Program-made: the position numbers and the translations under genes
The notes under the pieces: model-generated
Seen by the model: the letters and a program-made list of their open reading frames with translations, nothing else
What the model was told of the DNA's origin: nothing
Database searches by the model: none
Source of the DNA: Candidatus Gottesmanbacteria bacterium
GTDB lineage: Bacteria > Patescibacteriota > Microgenomatia > UBA10105 > UBA927
Assembly (NCBI GenBank): GCA_963714095.1
Contig: OY970230.1
Coordinates: 895,907 to 959,906, forward strand
Length of the DNA stretch: 64,000 bases
Reading direction: 5' to 3'
Shown here: positions 19,168-28,865 of the stretch, piece by piece
How positions within the stretch are numbered: the stretch's first letter is position 1
Layout of the letters: each line of letters begins with the position of its first letter

Positions 19168-19488
19168 ATGAAAGCATTTTTTTTGGGATTACTTTTTTTA
19201 GCGGTCGTTATAGTCGGCGGGTATATCGGGTTGAAATATTTTTATAAACCTCCGGCAGTATCACAAACTCCTCAAACGGCAACTGTAACAAAAACGGGGA
19301 TACTGCAGAAATCTACTATTGCCCAAAGCGATTTTACCCATGTTATCTTCAGTTCCAGCGGATCGGTGGGCGTGGCCACGTTCCAACCAAAAATAAATTT
19401 GGATGACTATATAGGGAAAAACGTCTCCATCAGCGGTCAGTTTTCCGGTGATACCCTTTACGCGGATACGGTTACGGTTATTCCGTAA
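19168..19488 (+). CDS. Small secreted/membrane-anchored hypothetical protein.
   Basis: N-terminal hydrophobic helix. Confidence 0.4.
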   Translation: MKAFFLGLLFLAVVIVGGYIGLKYFYKPPAVSQTPQTATVTKTGILQKSTIAQSDFTHVIFSSSGSVGVATFQPKINLDDYIGKNVSISGQFSGDTLYADTVTVIP

Positions 19489-19493
19489 TTCCT

Positions 19494-19805
19494 ATGCTAA
19501 CCGCTTTCAGACTTCAACAAAAATTGAACGTACCAGCACGTAAATTTCACGCACTCGGAAACTTGAGCCGGTTGTCGATTGTGTACATGCTCGGACGGGA
19601 ACCGATGGAATTCGGCCGTCTTGTCAGTCGCCTTAAAGTTCCTCCGAGTCTTTTATCCCATCACCTCAAACGATTAATGGCTGCGGGTATAGTGACGAAG
19701 ACAAAATTCGGGAAACTCGCGACCTATTATCTTTCGGAAGCGGCGGTGAAAGAAATGGACACGATCCTGCGTAATTTTTTGAGCCCCCAGTCAGAATCGA
19801 ACTGA
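19494..19805 (+). CDS. ArsR/SmtB-family HTH transcriptional regulator.
   Basis: Winged-helix region LSRLSIVYML…LSHHLKRLMAAGIV. Confidence 0.7.
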   Translation: MLTAFRLQQKLNVPARKFHALGNLSRLSIVYMLGREPMEFGRLVSRLKVPPSLLSHHLKRLMAAGIVTKTKFGKLATYYLSEAAVKEMDTILRNFLSPQSESN

Positions 19806-19852
19806 CATCAGCGGTTTACAAAACCGTCGCTCGGCCACTGAGCTATGGAGGC
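19782..19852 (-). tRNA. tRNA, most likely Thr (anticodon UGU). An alternative fold gives a GUA anticodon.
   Basis: Good acceptor, D and T arms (GTCAG-TTCGATT-CTGAC). Anticodon-stem register is ambiguous (A27:C43 mismatch if UGU). Overlaps the 3' end of the ArsR ORF. Confidence 0.6.
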
Positions 19853-20128
19853 TGTGGATCCAATTATACTAAAATTTCACAGGGAACAGCAATGCGCGGG
19901 GTTGTCAAGATAAGAAGTGAGTCAATTATTTCGCCCGGTGACTTGAAGCATTTTTCCCGATCTATTCAATCGGATGGACTGGCTTGATACCCACAGGTAG
20001 CATGCACTTAGTCCTGTCGCCCCGTAATAATTAAGGGGCTACCTCATTTATGTTGAACTTGTAGAGAAAAATTAAACTTCAAGTTCTCACACGGGCATAA
20101 TAATGGTAAATCGGGGAGAAGGCGTTTG

Positions 20129-20752
20129 TCAAGTTTGAGGATTTCGCAGTTCCACAAAAGAGGTAATTGCCCCTTTCGTAAGGGTGATGACGGTTTTTTT
20201 ATATGAGGCGATGATATGATCGATAAATGTTGCAGATTCCTCTGGCGTTAATCCGAGTTTTTGTGCATCTTGCTCAAGAACCCATGCGTCAAGATTGAAT
20301 GTTCCTATCCCGTCAGACAGTATTCTATTCGTATCAAGCGTTTTATCAGAGATGTAATTAATAGTTGCGGCAACCGGAGCGTGATCGCCGATGTAATGTA
20401 ATACAGTTCCTTCTGCACTCATTACTTTTTTCAGCCGACTTTCTTCCGAAACAGATTCCATTGCTCCTACAGATCCCGGATCTGTTTCAACTGTATTATT
20501 ATATCCGCAGTGTACATGTCCATCGCGGGGTATGCCGGCTTTTTTTATGGTTTCCCACGCTTGTTTTTCAGATAGGTGCCGAATTTGTTTGAGAGCATCG
20601 ACTTCCCCCCAGGTAGCACCTTGGATTTGCGGGCCGTAGGTTTGAGGATTAGTACGCCGGTCATCTATACACCGACGTTTCGTTAGGTCTGCCGGAAATA
20701 AATATTTTTCAAAATCGGTATTCATAAGTGATTCTTTTTTATTTTTATTCAT
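20129..20752 (-). CDS. Hypothetical protein (207 aa).
   Basis: Intact ORF with no recognisable motif. Confidence 0.4.
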   Translation of the reverse strand: MNKNKKESLMNTDFEKYLFPADLTKRRCIDDRRTNPQTYGPQIQGATWGEVDALKQIRHLSEKQAWETIKKAGIPRDGHVHCGYNNTVETDPGSVGAMESVSEESRLKKVMSAEGTVLHYIGDHAPVAATINYISDKTLDTNRILSDGIGTFNLDAWVLEQDAQKLGLTPEESATFIDHIIASYKKTVITLTKGAITSFVELRNPQT

Positions 20753-20826
20753 TTTTTAAAAAACAAAAAACGACTATGTGTCGCTCCGGACATACTATAA
20801 CAAAATATGGGTCTTAAAACAACGGG

Positions 20827-21459
20827 TCAGGCCGGAATGAGGAAATTCGAAATCCAATTAATCACCGGTGAGATAATGCGGATGATCGGGGCCGTTCCGC
20901 CGAAGATAGGGAGAAGGAGAATTATTAAAAATATAATACCGAAGCGCTCCAGCTCATGCCATTCGCGCGCCTGTGCTTCGGGGAGTAGCCCTTCGACGAT
21001 TTTAAATCCATCCAGAGGATGAATGGGCACAAGATTAAAAATTGCCAACATAATATTGTAAAACACGATAGTTCCAAGGAGTACTCCTGCAATCGCGAAC
21101 GGTCCTGTGCCGGATAGGGCCGGTAGTCGTAAAATGATTGAGCAAATAATTGCAAGAAGTATATTGGATATCGGCCCGGCAATAGAAATAAGAGCAGAGT
21201 CGCGGCGGGGATTCCGGAGGTTAAAGGGATCAAACTGCACGGGGCGCCCCCATCCGAAGCCTATAAGGACTATAAGGATAGTTCCTATAGGGTCAAGGTG
21301 TGCTAAAGGGTTGAGGGTCAAACGGCCTTGTAGACGTGGTGTAGGGTCTCCCAGATGCTCTGCAGTCCACGCATGGGAGAATTCGTGAATATCGATAGCC
21401 ACAAGAAGCGCTACTAAGCTAAATATAAAATCCAGCAGGTTGAAAGGAGACCCTAACAT
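20827..21459 (-). CDS. Peptidase M50 (site-2 protease family) membrane metalloprotease.
   Basis: HEFSHAW (HExxH) in a TM helix plus the LNPLAHLD motif. Confidence 0.75.
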   Translation of the reverse strand: MLGSPFNLLDFIFSLVALLVAIDIHEFSHAWTAEHLGDPTPRLQGRLTLNPLAHLDPIGTILIVLIGFGWGRPVQFDPFNLRNPRRDSALISIAGPISNILLAIICSIILRLPALSGTGPFAIAGVLLGTIVFYNIMLAIFNLVPIHPLDGFKIVEGLLPEAQAREWHELERFGIIFLIILLLPIFGGTAPIIRIISPVINWISNFLIPA

Positions 21460-21478
21460 ATGATATAGTATAACCCTT

Positions 21479-21727
21479 ATGGCTTATCAATGCGACATTT
21501 GTTCCAAAAAGACCCATGCAGGGAGGCAGCACACCCATCACACAGGTGTTGCCGGCGGACAGTGGAAAAAGAGAGCGCAGACTACGTTTCGGGATTTCGC
21601 GCCGAATTTACACTACGTGACCATGACAATTGACGGCGCTGCGACGCGTGTTCGTGCCTGCACCAATTGTATAAAGAGAGCCCGCTTCGACCTCAAGAAA
21701 ACCGCCACGAAAACCGCTACGGTGTAA
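21479..21727 (+). CDS. rpmB: 50S ribosomal protein L28.
   Basis: CDICSKKTHAGRQHTHH…RDFAPNLH pattern of L28. Confidence 0.75.
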   Translation: MAYQCDICSKKTHAGRQHTHHTGVAGGQWKKRAQTTFRDFAPNLHYVTMTIDGAATRVRACTNCIKRARFDLKKTATKTATV

Positions 21728-21733
21728 AAAACC

Positions 21734-22021
21734 TTATTGAGCCGGGGTTGTAGTGGGTGTAACCGCGCCGCAGAAGAACGCAAGACAGCCGGTTGTTGCA
21801 TCCCGTTTATATATCCAGCCGGTCGCGCAGTCTTCAGCCCGGGGGAGTGACACCTCGGGGCACGCAAGCCCTGCACGTGACCGGATATCAAATGTGAGGC
21901 GGGTCATTGCAGTAAGGACAACAACCAGAAGAATAAATGCGAGTGTCAGGAAGATAATAAAATTCCATGATCTGAGATCGTTTTTTTTCAGCCCCGCCCC
22001 GCGCACTGTTTTTTTTGCCAT
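21734..22021 (-). CDS. Small membrane hypothetical protein.
   Basis: One TM helix with a Cys-containing C-terminal tail. Confidence 0.35.
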   Translation of the reverse strand: MAKKTVRGAGLKKNDLRSWNFIIFLTLAFILLVVVLTAMTRLTFDIRSRAGLACPEVSLPRAEDCATGWIYKRDATTGCLAFFCGAVTPTTTPAQ

Positions 22022-22063
22022 ATCGCCTCCGTACTCTTACGGTAATTGAGGACGCTTTGGCTG

Positions 22064-22939
22064 TCAAGAGGCTAAATAGGCTTTTTGAAATTGTTCCCAC
22101 GAAACCGGTTTTTTCCCTTCCAATTGAACGATTGTCGGCAGTGTGGTAAATCCGAGAATTTTTAACCGCTTTCCGTTATATGTTGTCCAAATACCGGGCC
22201 ATGGATCAAAGGCGCGGAATTTTCTCTTTATTCGCTGAATCTCGTGAGGATCCGTAATTTTTTTCCATGGCTCAAACCCATCATCACGCGTCAAACGTCT
22301 GGCGTAGGGGGCGCCGTTTATGTGTTGCGGATTTCCTTTTATTTTTTCTGACAAAATATCCGGCAATGTTTTAATGAGTATGTCCGCGCCCATCGTAAAA
22401 AGTTTCGAGCGGAGCGGCCCGGTTGTGTCCGTATCAGTTATGTTGAGTTTTTGTTGTGCAAGTATCAGACCGCGGTCAAATGTCCCGGACAGCCGTACAA
22501 GAGTGACACCGGTCTGGTGATCACCTGAATATATTGCCCACGGCACGGGATCGGCGCCTCTCCAGCGCGGGAGGAGTGACGGGTGGACGTTGATTCCGCC
22601 GTGCGTTGCAGCGTCAATGACGGGGGCGGGAATTTTCTGGCCGTAGCAGGCGCTCACAAGTAAATCTGCTTTCATGGGTGCGAGCGTATCAATAACCGTA
22701 TGCTCATCGTCATAGAGCCATGGTTTTGTTTTTTTTGCAGGAAAGGACAGCACGGTTATATTTTGATGTTTTGCCCAAAGTTCAACAGGAGTCGAAGTTA
22801 AAATCTGTTTTCTTCCCACCGGTTTTGGCGGCTGTGTTACGACGGCAGCGATTATGACCGGATTGCTTACCGCAAGTTTCGACAGTACAAAAACGGAATC
22901 TGATGTTGATCCGAAAAATACGACGCGTGCGGGGTTCAT
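22064..22939 (-). CDS. fmt: Methionyl-tRNA formyltransferase.
   Basis: Formyltransferase N- and C-domains. Immediately downstream of def. Confidence 0.85.
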   Translation of the reverse strand: MNPARVVFFGSTSDSVFVLSKLAVSNPVIIAAVVTQPPKPVGRKQILTSTPVELWAKHQNITVLSFPAKKTKPWLYDDEHTVIDTLAPMKADLLVSACYGQKIPAPVIDAATHGGINVHPSLLPRWRGADPVPWAIYSGDHQTGVTLVRLSGTFDRGLILAQQKLNITDTDTTGPLRSKLFTMGADILIKTLPDILSEKIKGNPQHINGAPYARRLTRDDGFEPWKKITDPHEIQRIKRKFRAFDPWPGIWTTYNGKRLKILGFTTLPTIVQLEGKKPVSWEQFQKAYLAS

Positions 22940-22940
22940 A

Positions 22941-23486
22941 TTACGTTATCGTTACTTCTTCCAATATTTCCTTCTTGTTTTCGTCGAGAGCGGACTGGTA
23001 CAGTTTTCCTTTTTGTTCTAACACCCGTTGGACGAAAAGAATGCCGTTGGTATGGTCGGTTTCGTGCTGGATAATGGTAGCCAAAAATCCGGTAAACTGT
23101 TCTTCGTGCGGCGCACCTGTTTCATCCTGATACCGGAGTGTCAGCTGTCCGGCCCGTTTCACGCGACCCCAGATTTTCGGAATAGACAAACACCCCTCCA
23201 ATTTATTGTCCCGTTGGGGAACGCCGTCGGTGAGGCCCCCGGACTTTGCAATGATCTCCGGATTAATAAATATTCGGATATTACTCTTTTCTGTTGGACG
23301 GGTTACGAAGATGCGCCATGGTTCTCCGATTTGCGGCGCGGCCAGCCCCACGCCTTTAGGATTTACAGCAGCGCGAAGCGTTGCTTTCATATCCCGGATG
23401 AGTCTGGTCAGCCGTTTGTCAAATGATGTGACTGTTTTGGCCGGGATCGATAGTACAGGATTTGGCGTAGCGATGATTGCCTTCAT
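22941..23486 (-). CDS. def: Peptide deformylase.
   Basis: GVGLAAPQIG, EGCLSIP and HETDH motifs. Confidence 0.85.
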   Translation of the reverse strand: MKAIIATPNPVLSIPAKTVTSFDKRLTRLIRDMKATLRAAVNPKGVGLAAPQIGEPWRIFVTRPTEKSNIRIFINPEIIAKSGGLTDGVPQRDNKLEGCLSIPKIWGRVKRAGQLTLRYQDETGAPHEEQFTGFLATIIQHETDHTNGILFVQRVLEQKGKLYQSALDENKKEILEEVTIT

Positions 23487-25645
23487 AACTGTTTTAGGCG
23501 GTCCTGGAAGTCTTTATCGTTCGGGTCTACGTGATTCAGATAATATTGAAGCTGGGCGCGTGCTGCATCAGGCTGCCTCATTTCCGTATAAAAGACGTAC
23601 AGACCAAAATATGCGTCGCGGTAGTCAGATTTCAGTGCTTCAGCTTGTTTTAAGAGTTGTACTGCCTTATCATTATCTGCCTGCCGGCCGTAGAGAATTG
23701 CAAGATTATACACAATTTTGGGGTCATTGGGGGAGAGGGTTTGGGCCATTTCAAGCGCGCTGATGGCTGCCTGGTTAAGCGCAGGGTCAAATGCGGAGAA
23801 TGTGTAATAGAGTTTTGTGCGGGTTTTCCAGAAGTTGACGTTTTTGGGAGACGTGCGGATTGAAATATCACTCTCTGCCAGGCTTTGCTTGGCGAGCGTT
23901 GCCGCCAATGTTGCGTTTTTGGCATCCACCGCGGCAACTGCCAGAGACCCCAGCGTGGTGGCTAGTTCATCGTGGTATACGGGCTCACCCGGATTGAGGG
24001 AAATTGCCGCTACGTCTGCCGTTTCCGCCTGGGCAAACTGGTTGGCGCGTGCCAGCCGATACCCCGTTGCGTATAAGGTGTCCGCCTGCCAGTAGCGGTA
24101 CAGCATCACAATCGCTGCGATTGTGGCACCTGCGATAATCCAGCGGAGGGTTACATCCAGTTTTTTGAGAGCCGCAAGATTAAAATTCCGAGAAGAGGCG
24201 CTGCGCGCGAGTACAAGAGTAAGAGCAGGGAACAGGAAAAAGAAAAGCTGTATAACGACGACCGAAAATCCGAAGAAGTTTGTAATAAGGATAGACACCC
24301 AGCCGGCAAATAATGCCAGGGACACTCTTTTATGTTCAGAGGTGTTTTGTATTTGAGATTTGATGAACCAAAAAATGTAGACGGCGATGATGGCCAGATA
24401 GCTTCCGAGGCCAAAGAGGCCGGTTGTTGCCAAATAGTTCAGGTATTCGTTGTGGGCTTTGTTATAGAGGAAATCCCATTCGCTGGTCATGTTGTGTCCG
24501 GCCGGCCGGTATTGGTAGAAGGCAAACGCGAACGTTTCCGTGCCGGTGCCGATAAGCATATTTTTGGTGCTCCCGCGCCACGCAGAAACGGCGGCCTGCC
24601 AGACATAACTGCGGATGATGCCGGAATCGGTGCCTCCTGTTTCAAGTGCAGTGCCCGCAGGCGTTAGTTGCGGCTTTGGGGCAGTGCCCTGTGTATGGGT
24701 AAACCGGGCGCGCCAACCCTGGAACGTCAGCCATTTGTCTATCTGGTCCACGTAGACGCCGTTGAAAAAGACGATGATTGCAAAAATTGCGTGCAGAGCA
24801 ATAAGCGGAAGAATAATATTTTTTTTCTCTTTTGTCCGGAGCCAGACGATCCCCCAGAACAGGATGTCTGCAACAGCCAGCCCCAGAAGTCCGGAACGGG
24901 AACGCGTATAGAGGGTCACGAGAAAAAAGAGGACGGCCGTTGCCGCTCCGAATACCAGTTTAAGGACCTGCATCGTGGTTGCCCGCGCAATATTGGAGAT
25001 GAAAAAATACAATGAAAGGGGAAAAAGAGCGACCAAAAATGCAGCAAGCCAGTTCGGCTGGCCCAGGGTGGAGAACACCCGGGATTGCACGTCCTGGACC
25101 CACAGGTTTTTGTCGATACCGAAATGTTCGGCAACGCCGTACAGGGCCACGACCGCGGCTGTAATGAGGACGCTATTGAGTATTTTTTTGACCGGAACGG
25201 ATAAAGGTACGACTGCGGCTGCTGCCGCGTTTGCTTTTTTCTTTACGGAGCCCGCCACGAGAGTAATTTGTTCTCCGAATTGTGCGATGAACGCATAGTA
25301 GAGGACAACGTAGGCAAGTATGGACCACATGCCGCCGTTGAAACGGGAATAATACCCGAACCACGACACGTGCGGATCCATGGAAAAGAGTGTGCTAACC
25401 AGCTGGGACGCGACAAAAAGGGCGATAGGAATATCGAGCGGCGTCTTAGGGATTCGGATTTCGCCGTCGGCGAGCATCTGAATGCACCACGAGCCGAAAA
25501 TGATCGCCGTGAGGCCGTAAGTGACAACCATTTTATTATATTCAAACAACTCGTAGTTCCACGGGGTAAGAATGAGAGGAACGAGGATAAATAATAAATA
25601 AAAGCTAGTCCGGATAACCCGGCTGCACCACGTGCTCACGTTCAT
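23483..25645 (-). CDS. Polytopic membrane protein with an O-antigen-ligase/Wzy-like core and C-terminal TPR repeats.
   Basis: More than 10 predicted TM helices. C-terminal ~200 aa of TPR-like repeats. Confidence 0.55.
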   Translation of the reverse strand: MNVSTWCSRVIRTSFYLLFILVPLILTPWNYELFEYNKMVVTYGLTAIIFGSWCIQMLADGEIRIPKTPLDIPIALFVASQLVSTLFSMDPHVSWFGYYSRFNGGMWSILAYVVLYYAFIAQFGEQITLVAGSVKKKANAAAAAVVPLSVPVKKILNSVLITAAVVALYGVAEHFGIDKNLWVQDVQSRVFSTLGQPNWLAAFLVALFPLSLYFFISNIARATTMQVLKLVFGAATAVLFFLVTLYTRSRSGLLGLAVADILFWGIVWLRTKEKKNIILPLIALHAIFAIIVFFNGVYVDQIDKWLTFQGWRARFTHTQGTAPKPQLTPAGTALETGGTDSGIIRSYVWQAAVSAWRGSTKNMLIGTGTETFAFAFYQYRPAGHNMTSEWDFLYNKAHNEYLNYLATTGLFGLGSYLAIIAVYIFWFIKSQIQNTSEHKRVSLALFAGWVSILITNFFGFSVVVIQLFFFLFPALTLVLARSASSRNFNLAALKKLDVTLRWIIAGATIAAIVMLYRYWQADTLYATGYRLARANQFAQAETADVAAISLNPGEPVYHDELATTLGSLAVAAVDAKNATLAATLAKQSLAESDISIRTSPKNVNFWKTRTKLYYTFSAFDPALNQAAISALEMAQTLSPNDPKIVYNLAILYGRQADNDKAVQLLKQAEALKSDYRDAYFGLYVFYTEMRQPDAARAQLQYYLNHVDPNDKDFQDRLKQL

Positions 25646-25682
25646 GGAGTTAAGTATAGCATATTGTTGTTAAGACAGAATC

Positions 25683-26711
25683 ATGATAGTTGACAATTAT
25701 ACAATTATGACCTATAATTCACTTTTCAAACATATGACGATATTATCTGAATCACAACCTGGGCGTGGGCCGCAACCACCTGCATTAGGTAAGGAAATCG
25801 AGTTGTCACGCCCGGAAATTGCAAAAACGTTAGCTTTTGCACAGAAAAAATACGATTTTCAACAGTATCTTTCTCCTGATGTTGAAACCGGCTTGAATTT
25901 GTCTACAGCTTTGGCCGCGATGCACGCGATTGATGCCAAAGGTCAGCAAAGTGGATGGAAGTATGAGGATTTGCTAGCAGCGCTTCCGGTTACCAGAGTT
26001 GCACTGACGACCGCAGGATTTGCACATGCGGAGAGCGGATTACATGCGTTATTGACAGGGACTACAGGGGAACTTGGGGACATAGTGGGGAAAATTTTGC
26101 CCCAAGACGCTCCGAAAGGAATTAAAGGGATGGCTCAAATGATGCTTTGGGTAAATACAGCGGATAATATGCGCGTGGTCGCGGGGTTATTGATTGATGA
26201 AAAACAAATAGAACGAAGACTGTTGCGTTTAACAAAGCTTCAACAAAATCTATTATCGGATCCCGGGAAAACACGGGCATTACTGGATGTATTAAATGGT
26301 GAGTACACCCCGCCTAAAACACTCGGTCGGACCGGACTTCCGAAGGAAGCAGAAAAACATCTTCAAAAAGTATCTCCTTTTTCATTAGAAGACATGATTC
26401 ATATAAGCAATTTGTTCACCTCCGTTGAATGGAGGCGAAACTCTGCTATTCAGGTGGAGACACAACGTTTATGGATTGAGACAGAGTTAAAAAGATTGGA
26501 AGCCGCAGGAATAAACATTGCTAAGCTCTTTACATTAGGGACAGAAAGTGTAGTAAAAAATACGTTGTTAATTGCTGGTGGGACAGTGGGAGGAGTGGTA
26601 GGAGGGGTTATTTTGGGAGGTGAAAGAGGGGCAGGTATCGTAGGAGACGCAATTAATACCGCAAAAGAGCATTGGGATGAAAGAAAAGCTGTAAAGGCAG
26701 GGACTACTTAA
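25683..26711 (+). CDS. Hypothetical protein with a Gly-rich C-terminal hydrophobic segment.
   Basis: Intact ORF with no known motif. Confidence 0.4.
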   Translation: MIVDNYTIMTYNSLFKHMTILSESQPGRGPQPPALGKEIELSRPEIAKTLAFAQKKYDFQQYLSPDVETGLNLSTALAAMHAIDAKGQQSGWKYEDLLAALPVTRVALTTAGFAHAESGLHALLTGTTGELGDIVGKILPQDAPKGIKGMAQMMLWVNTADNMRVVAGLLIDEKQIERRLLRLTKLQQNLLSDPGKTRALLDVLNGEYTPPKTLGRTGLPKEAEKHLQKVSPFSLEDMIHISNLFTSVEWRRNSAIQVETQRLWIETELKRLEAAGINIAKLFTLGTESVVKNTLLIAGGTVGGVVGGVILGGERGAGIVGDAINTAKEHWDERKAVKAGTT

Positions 26712-26756
26712 ATATATCCGGTATCAAACGGATAATTTGATTCCACGATTGCATTT

Positions 26757-27242
26757 TTACCTCATCGGGTTTATTTTTCCGGGTGGATTATTTAATGCGT
26801 CCTCTATGTGCCATCGGAGAATTTCCGTAAGAGTATCCTGCTTTGCCATAGAAAGATCTTTTATTTTTTGTTCTTTTTGAAATATTTCTGCCTTTGCATT
26901 TCCTAATAGTCTCCCGGTAATTTGATGGCCTTTTTCTTTATCAAAAGCCCAAATGAAGGATTTGAACTCATCGAGTTGTCTTGATAGTTCCTCCGGTGTT
27001 TCGGTCTCCTCTTTTCCATTTGCAAAATTGTGTTCAATAATAAGACCTGCCGTACGAGCCATTGAACCAACAAGACTAGTGTACTCGTGGTCTTCTTTCG
27101 AATCATATATAACGTGAGATCTCACTCTCCCTGCTCGCGTATGAACTTCATGAATTTTGATGACTATTTCTGCATCTATCCCTGGTGGAAATTCAAATGC
27201 AACATAATTTCCTGTTCTTTGTATAATATCGGGTTTGCCCAT
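26757..27242 (-). CDS. Hypothetical protein (161 aa).
   Basis: Intact ORF. Confidence 0.4.
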   Translation of the reverse strand: MGKPDIIQRTGNYVAFEFPPGIDAEIVIKIHEVHTRAGRVRSHVIYDSKEDHEYTSLVGSMARTAGLIIEHNFANGKEETETPEELSRQLDEFKSFIWAFDKEKGHQITGRLLGNAKAEIFQKEQKIKDLSMAKQDTLTEILRWHIEDALNNPPGKINPMR

Positions 27243-27294
27243 ACGCGCATATTATACCAATCGGGTGCAACTTTTGTGTTAGAATAACTTTACA

Positions 27295-28350
27295 ATGCTT
27301 GATTGGTTATTCGGGCTTCTTTCGCATGATTTAGGGATAGATCTTGGAACGGCGAATACACTGGTGTATGTGCGCGGCAAAGGGATCGTTATCCGTGAGC
27401 CGTCCGTCGTGGCACGGCACAAAAAAACGAAACAAATTGTCGCTATCGGTTCGGAGGCAAAAAAAATGCTCGGGAAAACTCCCACGACCATTGAAGCGTT
27501 TCGTCCTCTCAAAGACGGCGTGATTGCGGATTTCGACGCGGCAGCGGCAATGCTTAAATATTATATACAACTTGTTCACCAGCAACCCGTGCATGCATTT
27601 TTGCCTAAAATTCCGCGTCCGAAGGTGGTTATCGGCATTCCCTCAGGTGTCACGGAAGTCGAGCGTAGGGCCGTCCAGGAGGCAGCCATTATGGCCGGCG
27701 CGCGTGAAGCATATCTTATTGAAGAGCCCATGGCTGCGGCAATCGGCGCTGGACTGCCGATTGAGGAGACTAACGGAAGCTTTGTCTGCGATATCGGCGG
27801 GGGAACCAGTGAAATTGCAGTGTTATCCCTGGGCGGTATTGTCGTAAACCGTAGTATCCGCATTGCCGGTGACGAAATGGATGAGGCGATCGTGAACTTT
27901 ATGCGATTAAAATATTCGCTTTTGATAGGCGAACAGACGGCGGAAGATATTAAAATTGCCGTGGGCAGCGCCTATCCGGTTGATAAAACTGAGCGCCAAA
28001 CGGTTGTACGGGGGCGGGATATTGAAACGGGTTTACCGAAATCCATCCGTGTGAATGAGTCGGAAATACGCGAGACACTTTCCTCCGTTATTCACGAAAT
28101 TGTGGAGGGGATTGCCGAAACCGTCGAAGAAACGCCGCCGGAACTTATCGGCGATATTATGGAACACGGGATCGTTTTGGCCGGGGGAGGATCGCTTTTG
28201 CGGGGCATTGATAAGCTTATCGCCATGGAGGTGAAAATGCCGGTATGGATTACTGATGACCCCCAGACGGCGGTCGTGCGCGGCTGCGGAAAACTATTAG
28301 ACGACGAAGCGCTTCTCCGCAAAGTCAAAGTCGCTGCACGGAAGATATGA
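27295..28350 (+). CDS. mreB: Rod shape-determining protein MreB.
   Basis: DLGIDLGTANTLVYV actin-fold phosphate-1 motif. Full-length MreB pattern. Confidence 0.9.
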   Translation: MLDWLFGLLSHDLGIDLGTANTLVYVRGKGIVIREPSVVARHKKTKQIVAIGSEAKKMLGKTPTTIEAFRPLKDGVIADFDAAAAMLKYYIQLVHQQPVHAFLPKIPRPKVVIGIPSGVTEVERRAVQEAAIMAGAREAYLIEEPMAAAIGAGLPIEETNGSFVCDIGGGTSEIAVLSLGGIVVNRSIRIAGDEMDEAIVNFMRLKYSLLIGEQTAEDIKIAVGSAYPVDKTERQTVVRGRDIETGLPKSIRVNESEIRETLSSVIHEIVEGIAETVEETPPELIGDIMEHGIVLAGGGSLLRGIDKLIAMEVKMPVWITDDPQTAVVRGCGKLLDDEALLRKVKVAARKI

Positions 28351-28865
28351 AATTGACCACCGCAACGATAATTTCCAGAATATTTGATCCGTTTATTATG
28401 CTTGCGGTAATGTTTGCGATGCTGCTTTCTCACACGGTAGCATTCATTCCGGCGTTTGTCAGTATGGTTATCGTGCCTTTTGTGTTATTTGTTATCGCCG
28501 TGAAAACAAAATTTGTCAGTAATTGGGATTTGAGTGACCGGACAGAGCGGCCGAAAATTATGTGGCCGTTGGTTGTGATAGAGGGCGTGTGTATAGTTTT
28601 ATTTCATCTTTGGCCTCTTCTACCGATTTTTTTTGCGATCATTGGATTTGCAATTATTACGCATTTTTGGAAAATATCCGGTCATGCGATGGCAGCGGGA
28701 CTCGCGACCGGCGTTTGTGTGATTACCTACGGTTGGGTGTGGTGGCCGGTGTTACTCATCGTTCCGCTTGTGGGGTGGTCCCGCGTTGTCCGTAAAAACC
28801 ATACACTGTTGCAGGTTATTGCAGGAGCCATCTACGCCTGGGCTATTGTTTTCATATTTTTATGA
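28347..28865 (+). CDS. Small polytopic membrane protein, possibly MreD-like.
   Basis: About 5 TM helices, ~170 aa. Sits between mreB and PBP2 with overlapping stops and starts. Confidence 0.4.
   Translation: MKLTTATIISRIFDPFIMLAVMFAMLLSHTVAFIPAFVSMVIVPFVLFVIAVKTKFVSNWDLSDRTERPKIMWPLVVIEGVCIVLFHLWPLLPIFFAIIGFAIITHFWKISGHAMAAGLATGVCVITYGWVWWPVLLIVPLVGWSRVVRKNHTLLQVIAGAIYAWAIVFIFL

Noticed and set aside
19782-19852. Second tRNA-Tyr (GUA) reading of the minus-strand tRNA.
   Set aside because: That fold needs two nucleotides between the D- and anticodon stems. The short variable arm is incompatible with bacterial class-II tRNA-Tyr. Thr(UGU) is the more likely reading, but it is left flagged as ambiguous.
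24123-25594. Multiple 60-115-aa ORFs on both strands inside the 720-aa membrane-protein gene.
   Set aside because: They are nested within a long, well-supported ORF with coherent TM/TPR architecture. Typical of shadow ORFs in GC-rich coding sequence.
28347-28865. Firm MreD assignment for the membrane protein between mreB and PBP2.
   Set aside because: Only position and size support it. No MreC gene is present and there is no diagnostic motif, so it is kept as a low-confidence suggestion.
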